Source of the DNA: Callorhinchus milii
Lineage: Eukaryota
Reading direction: 5' to 3'
Length of the DNA: 64,000 bases
Assembly: GCF_018977255.1 (NCBI RefSeq)
Contig: NW_024704750.1
Location: 20,956,001 to 21,020,000, forward strand
Positions 46,020 through 57,300 of the stretch are shown here, one piece after another; the stretch's first letter is position 1; every line of letters starts with the position of its first letter. The translations under genes and the position numbers were made by a program. Below the pieces are notes generated by a model. The model worked only from the letters and a program-made list of their open reading frames with translations, ran no database searches and was not told the origin of the DNA.

Positions 46020-46590
46020 TATAAGCGGGGTCTCATTGGAGCTGAATTGGCTCCAAAGCGACGTGCCTGGCAATAAAATGTTGGAATCGAGCCAGCCCAT
46101 TGTGGTGGTCTTAGTTGTCCAGTTCCTGAGCCAGGCAGGTCCGCAGTATTCCACGTCACTGCTGATGGCAGCACAGTCAGCCTGGCTCATCGGCAGGACC
46201 TGGAAGGGCTGACATTGGGGGCAGGGAGTCATCCCACTTAGTTCTTGTTAACCTTGTGAGCCAAAGCGCTAACAGGGAGGGTGGTCCTAGCTGGACAAGC
46301 AGCAGGAAAGCTTGCCAGACAGTGCTCTCAATGGCAAGCTATACGGTTTTAGACTCCAGTAGTTACCCCAACGCATGCTCTGGGGTCCCCAAGCCTTGGC
46401 TCTTGCCAACCTGTGCCTCATACTTTCCGGAATTAGGTAAGCAGGATGCCTCCCTCCAGGGAGAGAGAGCGCATTCCATTCCAACAATTTGTCTCTGTGA
46501 TTTCCATGTGTCGGTGGGATGCATGGAATTTTAGCCTGGTTTGGAAAGTCTTAAGCACAGAGATGGGTTTCCACATGTATCAAGACACCT
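46020..46590. repeat. Unclassified old interspersed repeat (longest copy)
   Basis: Homologous to ~1335-1560, 6780-6840 plus 7180-7600, 15600-15825 and 26170-26300. Confidence 0.7.
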
Positions 46591-46834
46591 TCAGCCTCTC
46601 TGCCCCCATCCTCTGGAACTCCATCCTACAGACCCTCCGTCTCACCCCTTCCCTTGTCTCAAGACCCTCCTCTTCAACGGTGCCTTCAGTCACCCTCCTA
46701 TCCCTACCCTCCCTGCTCTCCACCCCTTGTGACCCCAACCACCAGCTTGGGTCCAAATCTCTGACTGTTCCGGCGCCTTTGGGGCGACCTCCTGACTTGA
46801 AAGGCGCTATACAAATGTAATTTGTTGTTGTTTT

Positions 46835-47228
46835 AAGGCCACCCATGGCCTCGCCCCCTCCTACATCTGACCTGCTGACCCCCTACCAACCCGCCCGCTC
46901 CCTCCGCTCATCAGGCTCCGGGCGTGTCTCCCGCCCGACCCGCCCTACCATCGGTGGCCGGGCTTTCAGCCTCTCTGCCCCCACACTCTGGAGGTCCATC
47001 CCACGGTCCCTTGGCCTCTCGCCTCCTCCCTCGCCTCCTTCGAGGCCGGTCTCAAGACCCTTCTCTTCGACCGCGCCTTTGGTCTCCCTCCCACCTCTCC
47101 CTGCCTTCCCTCACCCCCCTCCACCACCACCCCACCCCATGCTCGGGCCCCGACACCGCTTTGGGACGTCCTCCCGACGTGAAGGGGCGCTCTGGAAACA
47201 TCACGTCGTCGTTGCTGCTGTCGTCGTC
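46835..47228 (+). mobile_element. GC-enriched L2 3' fragment
   Basis: LLTPYQPARSLRS...IGGRAFSLSAPTLW and tail GGGACGTCCTCCCGACGTGAAGGGGCGC. Confidence 0.8.
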
Positions 47229-47229
47229 C

Positions 47230-47551
47230 ACGTAGGAGCCGAAGCAGCGGCGGCCATCTTTAGTGTACCCGCCGGATGTGGGGCCGGAGTGGGACGGGGG
47301 GGTGGGCGCGGCCAGGTGTCACGCGTCACTTCCGCTCTTTGTCCGCCTCTCCCGCCGCCGCCGCCGCCATCTTGGTCGCGGGAACCGTTCAAAAAAATAT
47401 ATTCGAAAAACAAACCGTCTCCCAACGGCCGATAAAGGCGACGAGTCGTTAAATTCCCGTGGGGGTGGGGGGAGGGGGGGGAAGGGGAATAAAAGAAAAG
47501 GAAGATAAAAAAACACCGGCGGCGGCCCGAGGGCACGTCACGGAAATAACG
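47230..47551 (+). promoter_or_regulatory. CpG-island promoter with probable non-coding first exon
   Basis: CpG-dense. YY1-type GCCATCTT at 47253-47260 and CCGCCATCTT at 47364-47373; ETS CACTTCCG at 47327-47334; strong donor AACG|GTAAGA at 47551/47552. Confidence 0.65.
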
Positions 47552-48019
47552 GTAAGAGTTATTGTTTTCGAAAATCTATATATCTTTTTTTAATTTATAT
47601 AAAAGATAACCCGTCGCCGACGCGATCTGCCACACGTTATCATCACTTTGTATGGTATTAAGTCCTGCATTGCATTCTGTATCGTTATGGATCACACACT
47701 TATGGTTTTATATGACATTACTTGTTCGTTGTTATAGGGCTATAACACCATTGTAATAATAATAATAATAATAATAATAGATGTTATGTCACGAATATAC
47801 ACCAACTGTCACATGTCATATATTACATTATACATATTATATAATGCGTCATTATATATTGCGTTGTATGATTATCCTTTCGCTCGATGCGGGCGTCTCG
47901 AAGACCTGATAAGGCGCTGCACCAAATGCACGGATTGTTATTGTTATTGTTGCACCTTCGAGACGTCTCGCAGCGCTTCACCGGAGTGTACTGTAAAGTG
48001 AAGTGACTGTATGTTTTGT

Positions 48020-51000
48020 TGTTGGGGGTATTTGGGAGGGGGTTAGGGGGTGTATTTGGGAGGTATTGGGGGGGTATTTGGGGAGTATGGGGCGGGGGGT
48101 TGGGGGTATTGGGGGGGTTAGGGCGTGTATTTGGGAGGTATTGGGGGGTATTTGGGGAGTATGGGGCGGGGGTTGGGAGGTATTGGGGGGTATTTGGGGA
48201 GTATGGGGCGGGGGAGTTTGGGGTATTTGGGAGGGGGTTAGGGGGTGTATTTGGGAGGTATTGGGGGGGTATTTGGGGAGTAGGGGTGGGGGGTTGGGAG
48301 GTATTGGGGGGGTATTTGGGAGTAGGGGTGGGGGTTGGGAGGTATTGGGGGGTATTTGGGGAGTATGGAGCGGGGGATTGGGGGTATTTGGGGGGGTTAG
48401 GGGTGTATTTGGGAGATATTGGGAGAGTATGGGAGGGGGGTATTAGGGGGTATTGGGGGGGGTTAGGGGGTGTATTGGGGGGTATTGGGGCAGTATGGGG
48501 CGGGGGGTATTGGGGCAGTATGGGGCGGGGTGTATTGGGGGGTGTATTGGGGCAGTATGGGGCGGGGGGTATTGGGGGTATGGGGCGGGGTGTATTGGGG
48601 CAGTATGGGCGGGGGGTATTGGGGCAGTATGGGGCGGGAAGGTATTGGGGCAGTATGGGCGGGGGGTATTGGGGCAGTATGGGGCGGGAGGTATTGGGGC
48701 AGTATGGGGCGGGGGGTATTGGGGCAGTATGGGGCGGGAGGTATTGGGGCAGTATGGGGCGGGGGGTATTGGGGCAGTATGGGGCGGGAGGTATTGGGGC
48801 AGTATGGCGCGGGGGGTATTGGGGCAGTATGGGGCGGGGGGTATTGGGGCAGTATGGGGCGGGGTGTATTGGGGCAGTATGGGGCGGGGGTATTGGGGGG
48901 TATGGGGGGGGGGGTATTGGGGCGGGAGGTATTGGGGCAGTATGGGCGGGGGGTATTGGGGCAGTATGGGGCGGGGTGTATTGGGGCAGTATGGGGCGGG
49001 GGGTATTGGGGGGTGTATTGGGGCGGGGGTATTGGGGCAGTATGGGGCGGGGGTATTGGGGCAGTATGGGGCGGGGTGTATTGGGGGGTGTATTGGGGCG
49101 GGGGGTATTGGGGCAGTATGGGGCGGGGGGTATTGGGGAGTATGGGGAGGGGGATATTAGGGGGTATTGGGGGGGTTAGGGGGGTGTATTGGGGGGTATG
49201 GGGCGGGGGGTATTGGGGGTTATGGGGCGGGGGGTATTGGGGCAGTATGGGGCGGGGGGTATTGGGGGGTATGGGGGGGGGTATTGGGGGGTATGGGAGG
49301 GGGTATTGGGGGGTATGGGGGGGTGTATTGGGGGTATGGGGCGGGGGTATTGGGGGGTATGGGGCGGGGGGTATTGGGGGGTATGGGGGGGGGTATGGGG
49401 GGGTATTGGGGGGTATGGGAGGGGGTATTGGGGTATGGGGGGGTGTATTGGGGTATGGGGCGGGGGGTATTGGGGGTATGGGGCGGGGGGTATTGGGGGG
49501 TATGGGGGCGGGGGGTATTGGGGGGTATGGGGCGGGGGGTATTGGGGGTATGGGGCGGGGGGTATTGGGGCAGTATGGGGCGGGGGGTATTGGGGCAGTA
49601 TGGGGCGGGAGGTATTGGGGCAGTATGGCGCGGGGGGTATTGGGGCAGTATGGGGCGGGGGGTATTGGGGCAGTATGGGGCGGGGTGTATTGGGGCAGTA
49701 TGGGGCGGGGGTATTGGGGGTGTATTGGGGCGGGAAGTATTGGGGCAGTATGGGGCGGGGGGTATTGGGGCAGTATGGGGCGGGGTGTATTGGGCAGTAT
49801 GGGGCGGGTGTATTGGGGGGTGTATTGGGGCGGGGGGTATTGGGGCAGTATGGGGCGGGGGTATAGGGCAGTATGGGGCGGGGTGTATTGGGGGGTGTAT
49901 TGGGGCGGGGGTATTGGGGCAGTATGGGGGGGGGTATTGGGGGAGTATGGGGAGGGGGGTATTAGGGGTATTGGGGGGGGTTAGGGGGGTGTATTGGGGG
50001 TATGGGGCGGGGGGTATTGGGGCAGTATGGGGCGGGGGTATTGGGGGTATGGGGGGGGGTATTGGGGGGTATGGGAGGGGGTATTGGGGGGTATGGGGGG
50101 GTGTATTGGGGGGTATGGGGCGGGGTATTGGGGGGTATGGGGCGGGGGGTATTGGGGGTATGGGGGGGTATGGGGGGGGTTATTGGGGGTATGGGAGGGG
50201 GTATTGGGGGTATGGGGGGTGTATTGGGGTATGGGGCGGGGGTATTGGGGGTATGGGGCGGGGGGTATTGGGGCAGTATGGGGCGGGGGTATTGGGGGTA
50301 TGGGGGGGTATTGGGTGGTATGGGGGGGGTATTGGGGGGTATGGGGGGGGTATTGGGGCAGTATGGGGCGGGGGTATTGGGGGTATGGGCGGGGGGTATT
50401 GGGGGTATGGGGGGTATTGGGGCAGTATGGGGCGGGGGGTATTGGGGGGTATGGGGCGGGGGTATTGGGGGGTATGGGGGGTATTGGGGCAGTATGGGGC
50501 GGGGGGTATTGGGGTATGGGGCGGGGGGTATTGGGGGGTATGGGGCGGGGGGTATTGGGGCAGTATGGGGGGTATGGGGGGGGTTGGGGGGTGTATTGGG
50601 GCAGTATGGGCGGGGGGTATTTGGGGGTATTGGGGGGTATGGGGCGGGGGTATTGGGGCAGTATGGGGGTATGGGGGGGGTTGGGGGGGTGTATTGGGGC
50701 AGTATGGGCGGGGGGTATTTGGGGGTATTGGGGGTATGGGCGGGGGGTATGGGGGGGGTATTGGGGGGTATGGGGGGTATTGGGGGTATGGGGGTATTGG
50801 GGGGTATGGGGGGGTATTGGGGGGTATGGGGGGGGTATTGGGGGGTATTGGGGGGTATTGGGGGGTATTGGGGGTATGGGGGGGGTATTGGGGGGTATGG
50901 GGGGGTATTGGGGGGTATGGGGTATTGGGGGTATGGGGGGGTATTGGGGGGTATGGGGGGGTATTGGGGGGTATGGGGGGGGTATGGGGTATGGGGGGGT

Positions 51001-51170
51001 ATTGGGGGGTATGGGGGGTATTGGGGGTATGGGGGGTATTGGGGGGTATGGGGGGGTATTGGGGGGTATGGGGGGTATTGGGGGGTATGGGGGGGTATTG
51101 GGGGGTATGGGGGGGGTATTGGGGGGTATGGGGGGGTATTGGGGGTATTGGGGGGTATGGGGGGGGGTTC
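48020..51170. repeat. 3.1-kb G-rich degenerate tandem array (GnTATT / GnTAT / GGCAGTATGG units)
   Basis: Seen directly; variable G-run lengths and scattered TTAGGG. Confidence 0.95.
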
Positions 51171-51179
51171 GTGGGGGCG

Positions 51180-51375
51180 AATCAATACGCATTCGGACCT
51201 TCTTTTAAAAGAGCGACACCCCCCCGTCACGTGATCAGCGCGGGCCTCTGGCGTCACCGACGTGCCAGGACCGTGCGCGTGACGTCAGCCGCAGGCCCGG
51301 AGTGGGTGGGGACGGAGGGAGGGGGGGTGGGAGGCTGCGGGGCTGCCGGGCGGGGGAGCGCGAGGTCCCGCTGCC
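51180..51375 (+). promoter_or_regulatory. ABCD4 CpG promoter/5' UTR
   Basis: GTCACGTGAT (E-box/CLEAR-like) at 51226-51235, CRE TGACGTCA at 51280-51287, and Kozak GCCATGG at 51373-51379. Confidence 0.65.
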
Positions 51376-54300
51376 ATGGCTCGGCGCTCGGGGCTGAGGG
51401 GGAAGCAGCCGGTCAGCAGCAGGTGAGCGGAGCGGCGGGGGCTGTAAGCGGCTGTCAGGGCCGGTGGTGGCTCCCAGGTCAGCGCCGCGCCGCGCCGAGA
51501 GCTCAGCCGACCCGACCCGACCCGGCGGCAGGAGTCTCCCTGGGTCAGGGTGGTCTGGTCACGTGCGGGGCCAGCCCCTCCCCCCCGTCCCGTCCCAGCT
51601 ACTAAGTTGCACAAGTCGTATTAATCACCTCCTAACTCGTAACGCCGTTCCCCTGCCCTCCAGTGCCCGCCCACACTTACCGGCGACAATCAGCGGTGGA
51701 GAATTTCATCAACAAAAAGGATATTGCAGTGATTGAGAGGATACAGAGGAGGACAAACTGATTGAGGGGTTGGAGTGTGGGGTGGGGAGGTGTTTTGGGG
51801 GGCTATTTGGGGGGGGTTATATTGGGGGGGGCTATATTGGGGGGGGTTATATTGGGGGGGTTATATTTGGGGGGGGGAGGAGCAAATAGATAAACTGGGC
51901 TTGTTCACTCTGGAGAAGGGAAGGTTACGAGGTGATAAAATTACAGGCTTTAAGATTCTGAAGGGACTTGATAATGTAGATTATAATAAGCTGTTTTATT
52001 TTGTACTGAACAGTAGAACCAGAGGACACGGTCTGCAACTGAAGGCGGGGGGGGGGGGAGGGGGGTAAATTCAGAACAAATCTGCGGAAACACTGCTTCA
52101 GTGAGCGAGTAGTAAACTTACAGAACAGGTTCCCTGGGGAGATGGCGGAAGCAGAAAGTGTTGTTTCTATCGATAGATTACATAGATTTCTGCTAGAAAA
52201 TAATATCTCGGGTTACAGGACACGACAGCCAGGATGGTGGAAGGAAACGAGATGGACCTCGGACTTCTTTCACCTGGCAAGTTCTTATCAAATGACCCAT
52301 CACCTTGTACACGTTTACCATCCAAGCACGCTGAATCACGTGTGTGCAGTGTAGATTATTGATTTAAATTTTATGCAAATCGCATAAGTCGTATTAAATG
52401 CTATGGCCCAGACTGATGTCAATTTTTTACAGTATTTTCATACAAGCCACAAACTCTGCCTTTATCCATCTCTGTGTCCTCTGTTGCCATAGACTAGAAA
52501 ATAGGTATTGTGGGAGTCCCAGGGATCGATCTCCCCCCCCCCCCCCCCATCTCTCAGCCAGGGCTGGAGCTTCAGGCTAGAGGTGTGGCACCAAAGAAAG
52601 ACACGGCATCATGATAGAAAGATGGCTGGTCCGTCATGATGTGCTATTCTGATTTCCAGGCCGAAGCTGGATCTACTGTTTTTGCAGCGATTTGGGCGGA
52701 TCCAGGCTATTCTCTACCCGTCATGGCTGTCGCAGAGTGTGCTGATGTATGCCACGCTGCTGGCTGTCGCCCTCCTTGGTGAGTCCGTGCTGTGTGCTGG
52801 GTATATTTCTGTCAATTCACTTTACATTAAATTCTGTGAAGCGCTTTGAAATGTCTTGAAGACATGATAAGGGACTATATCAAATGCAAGGGTTATTATT
52901 ATTATTAGAGCTGTATATTTGATATAAATGACCTGGACTTGGATATAGGGAATACAATTTCCAAGTTTGCAGATGATACTGAGCTAGGAAAAGTAGTAAA
53001 CAGTGAGGAGGATAGTAGCAGTCTGCAAATGGACATGGAGACTGGTAAAATGGGCAAACACGTGGCAGATGAAGTTTAATGTGGAGAAATGCAAAGTGAT
53101 GTATTTTGGGAGGAAGAATGAGGAGAGGCGATATAAGCCGATGGTACAATCTTAAAGGGGTGAAGGAACAGAGAGATCTGGGGCTCATATAAGAAAATCT
53201 TTGAAGGTGGCAGGACAGGTAAATAAAGCTGTTAAAAAAGCATACGGGATACTGGACTTTATAAATAGGGGCATAGAATACAAAAGTCAGGAAGTTATGA
53301 TGAACCTTTATAAAACACTGGTTAGGCCTCAGCGAGAGACTGTGTTCAGTTCTGCGCCCCACACTTTAGGAAGGATGTCAAGGCTTTGGAGAGGTGCTAG
53401 ACGTACAGAGGATCGGTCGGTGTGTGTGTGAGTGAGTGAGCGCCATAATTTTCAGGGCAGATAATGATCCGTCTCCATGTTTAGTGCCACATCTTCGGTA
53501 ACTTGGATGGGGTGAGGAGGCAAAATGCATCTCTGACATCTTGTTTCAGCTCCTCTGTAGTTTCATATTGCCGTTTTGTAACGGGGCAGTGGGGGGAAAG
53601 GGGGGTAACAGGACTTTATGGGCACTCTGTACAAACTGAAATCTCATTCGACCAATTGCCCTCCCCTTCACTCCATTGTGTACAAATCCAGGAATGGGAT
53701 GATTGTTTCTGTATTTCAATATAATCCTGCTCACATCTGTCTGTTCACGCTGTTGTTAAAAGATCTTGTGACTCTTATCAAAAAGAGAAGGTATCCTGGC
53801 CTCCAGTTAATTGGTCATTCACCTCCTGGCTATTTGTGGGACATTGCTCTGCGAGAATTAATTTACTGCCATGTTAGCGTACAAAATACGCACTCACTAC
53901 ACTTTATAGAAAAATCCTGGGAAGCGTTTTGAGGTGTTTTGACGTGAGGAGGTGTTATGGATGGATTATGGATTATTGCATGGATTATTGTTAAGTGTTC
54001 AGTTTCTCCAGTCAGTTACTGACTCAGGCAGGTGTTGTTCTCATGTCAGCTTGCCCGCTCTGTTTGTTTTTGTTGAATAATGGCAATAGAGTGCGGTGTT
54101 GTGTACAGATTACCTGATTGAGTAAAGAATCCTGACCCTAGTTATCAGCTTATCAGGATTCATCCTCCTGGACTTTGATTTGTCAGGTTAATGGCTTGGA
54201 GCTGGCAAAGGAGATGGGTGATGGAAGCGAATAAACAGGATCTGGCATAGGACAGAGCAGGTGTCCTGCAAAATTTTGGGGCACAACCAGGGCTTTTGTG

Positions 54301-57300
54301 GGAACAGCACACAGTTGATAGGGAATGAATGCCAACACCAGCTGATTGGAACCCTGTTTTCCCATTCATTTACTCAGAGAATCAAGAGTTTATAGTACAT
54401 TGTGGAGTCCTGCAGCCTATTGGTTAGCTTGCTCGCCTTACAAGCAAGAGGAACCCAGGTTCGATTACCAGTCGGGGCGAAATCTTAGGCAAGTTTTCTT
54501 GCTCCGCACGCCTCTGTTTACCTAGCAGTAAGTAGGAACCAGGTTGTTAGTCAACTGGGGGATTGCTTTTCCGGGGATAATAATTTATTCAAAAAATAAT
54601 CATAATAAATCAGTCAGTCAAACCACAACTGTTTGTGGGACACCCGCTGTGTGAAATTGGCTGCCGCATTTTGCCCACAAAATATATAGTCAATTCACTT
54701 TGCAGTATATTCTGTGGAGTTCTTTTAAACATTGCGAAGATGTGGTAAGGTGCTATATCAAATGCAAGGATTATTATTATTCTGTGAAGCACTTTCAGAC
54801 GTCTTGAAGACGGGATAAGACACTATATCGAATGCAAGGATGGTTATTATTACAGAAGAAGGTCATTCAGCCCAGCGTGTTTGTGGCAGTTCTTTTAAGA
54901 GCACTTCTGTGGTCCTATGTGTTACAATAACCAGATTGAGGTTGATCTAGTCTAATGTATTGTTGGTCCTGTTACAGAACAGCTGGTGGTTTATCAGGTG
55001 GGGATCATCCCCAGTCATTTCTATGAAGTTCTGGGAAACAAAGATCTAACCAGCTTTAGAAACCTCACCCTCATCGCCATCACCTCATAGTGCTCAATTC
55101 AGTGGTAAGTGGAGTCTTGTCTTACCTCCCGCAGCCTCAATCACTAGATGTACAGCACTTTAGCGCTGCATTCTGTTGGGACAAGGAGGTGTGGAACATC
55201 TGAAGGTTCATGCTCAATGAACTGCCAAACCTTCAGCTGGCAGGTAAGCATCCTGCCGGGGGCTGCCTGAGAGAGCTGGTCTCCGCCAGGTCTGCCATTG
55301 CCGTCCATTAGCCCAGGGTTAGAGATGGAGAAAATGAGCCTATCGCCTTGCAGCTGATCAATATCCAGAAACGTGCTGGGAGATGAGGGTTGGGGGGAAG
55401 ACAGAATACGAACCCACCTGGAATGCTTATTATTATTATTATAGCCATGTTTCACCTACAAAATCCTCAGTCATTCCACCCTACTGTATATTCTGTGAAG
55501 CGCATTGAGACGTCTCAACAATGAGATCAGGTGCCATATCAAATGCAACTCCTCGGTCCATCCTGACGTGAACAGTTCTTGCGAGGTGAACCTCAATGCT
55601 AGGCGACCTGGTTGAATTCAGGATAGGCAGGTGGCTCTGGCCAAACACAAGGGAGGGATCAGGAACACTCGGTCTTCGCTCCAGTTATTACAAATGGGGA
55701 CTATTTACACCACACGCCTGTTTACCGAGCAGTAAGTAGAAACCCAGTTGTTAGTCGATTGACAGATCACTTTTCCGGGGTAATAATTCCTTCAACAAAA
55801 AAAATTAGTCACTCAATTCCACGACTGTTTGTGGGACGCTGCTCTGTGCAATTGGCTGCTGCGTTTCAATTCACTTCATAGTATATTCTGCGAAGCGCTT
55901 TGAAACGTCTCAAAGACATGATAAGGGGCTATATTAAATGCAAGAATTATTATTATTTATTATTATTTTTCATTTTCAGCTAAAGAGTTTTGACCAGTTT
56001 ATTTCGAGTCTGATGTACGTGCACTGGAGGCAGAGCCTGACCACGTACCTGCACAGGAACTACTTCCAGAGGAAGGTCTACTACGTGCTGAACGTGCTGC
56101 GAGAGGACCTGGACAACCCGTAGGTGCCACTGTCCCCAGGCCCTTCTCTGATACACTCGCTGAGGCCGTCTGCATTCTGTTTGATATGAGTTTTTGACGT
56201 GTGGATTGATTTCCCTCTCAAACAACTCGCACAGATGAAAGGGATCGAGTGACAGTGGGCAATGATCAGGGTGTGTGTTGTTAGCAGGCGGTAAGGGGAC
56301 TCGCATGTTGTTAGCATAGAAACAGGAGGAGGCTATTCAGCCCCTTGAGCCTGTTCCACGATTTTATAAGATCATGGCTGATCTGTACCTCAAGTACAAT
56401 TACCCGCCCTTGCCCTGTATCCCTCAATACCCTGACCTAACAAATATCTAGCGAGCTGGTGGGAGGGGAGGGAGAAGGTGCGCACATGTTTTTAACAGCC
56501 TGTTTGTGGGCATGTGTGTTGTCAGCCGGGTGGTGGCGGGGGGGGGGTGTGGTGGGGAAGGTACATGTCAGCAGGGGAGGTATGTTGTTTGTGGTCATGA
56601 GTGTTCTCACCTCTCGGTGTGTGTTTCAGGGACCAGCGGATTAGCCAGGACGTAGAGCGGTTCTGCCAGGCGCTGAGCACCGTGGCCAGTAAATGCATAA
56701 TTTCTCCATTTACACTGGGCTACTACACCTACCAGTGCTTTCACAGGTAACATCTGGGATGGGGAGAGAAGGGTGTCAGTCACCACGCTCGCAATAAACA
56801 GAGTCCGCTACAGAATATGTTATGGAGTCCCGTGGGGTAGTGGTTAGAGCACTCGCCTCGCTAACAAGAGGACGCGGGTTCGATTCCCAGGTGGGCTGTA
56901 ACCTTACCCAAATTTTCCTTACTCCACACACCTTTCTTTACCTAGCAGTAAGTTGGAACGTAGCTTCAGTCAATTGGCAGATCGCTTTCCGGGGGTAATA
57001 ATTCCTCCCCAAAAATCTAATAACTTGTTCACTCGATCTATGACTGTTTTGCGCTATTGGCTGCCGCGTTTCACCCACAAAATACATAGTCAATCCACTT
57101 CACAATATATTCTGTGAAGCCCTTTGAGACCTCTCTACAAAGTGATAAGGTGCTATATCAAATGCAAGGATTGTTATTATAAAAAAGCGCTTACAGACGT
57201 TTTGATGTTGTAAAGGACCACAGATGAAAGTTTTTCGTGCTGGGAAGCATTTACAGCCTTCTGGGGTAGTAAATTCGATAAATTCACTACCCTCTGAGTG

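Noticed and set aside
47201-47374. Minus-strand AAGATGGCG/AAGATGGCC start codons as a coding first exon
   Set aside because: Both frames stop within 20 codons with no convincing donor; they are better explained as YY1 sites.
48040-49990. TTAGGG motifs as an interstitial telomere
   Set aside because: They are isolated hexamers and never tandem.
48003-51605. Long Gly/Tyr-rich (+) and Pro-rich (-) ORFs resembling keratin-associated or egg-case proteins
   Set aside because: Long ORFs appear in several frames and on both strands because the array rarely forms stop codons. G-run lengths vary without triplet periodicity, and the same peptides rotate between frames. This is a satellite artefact.
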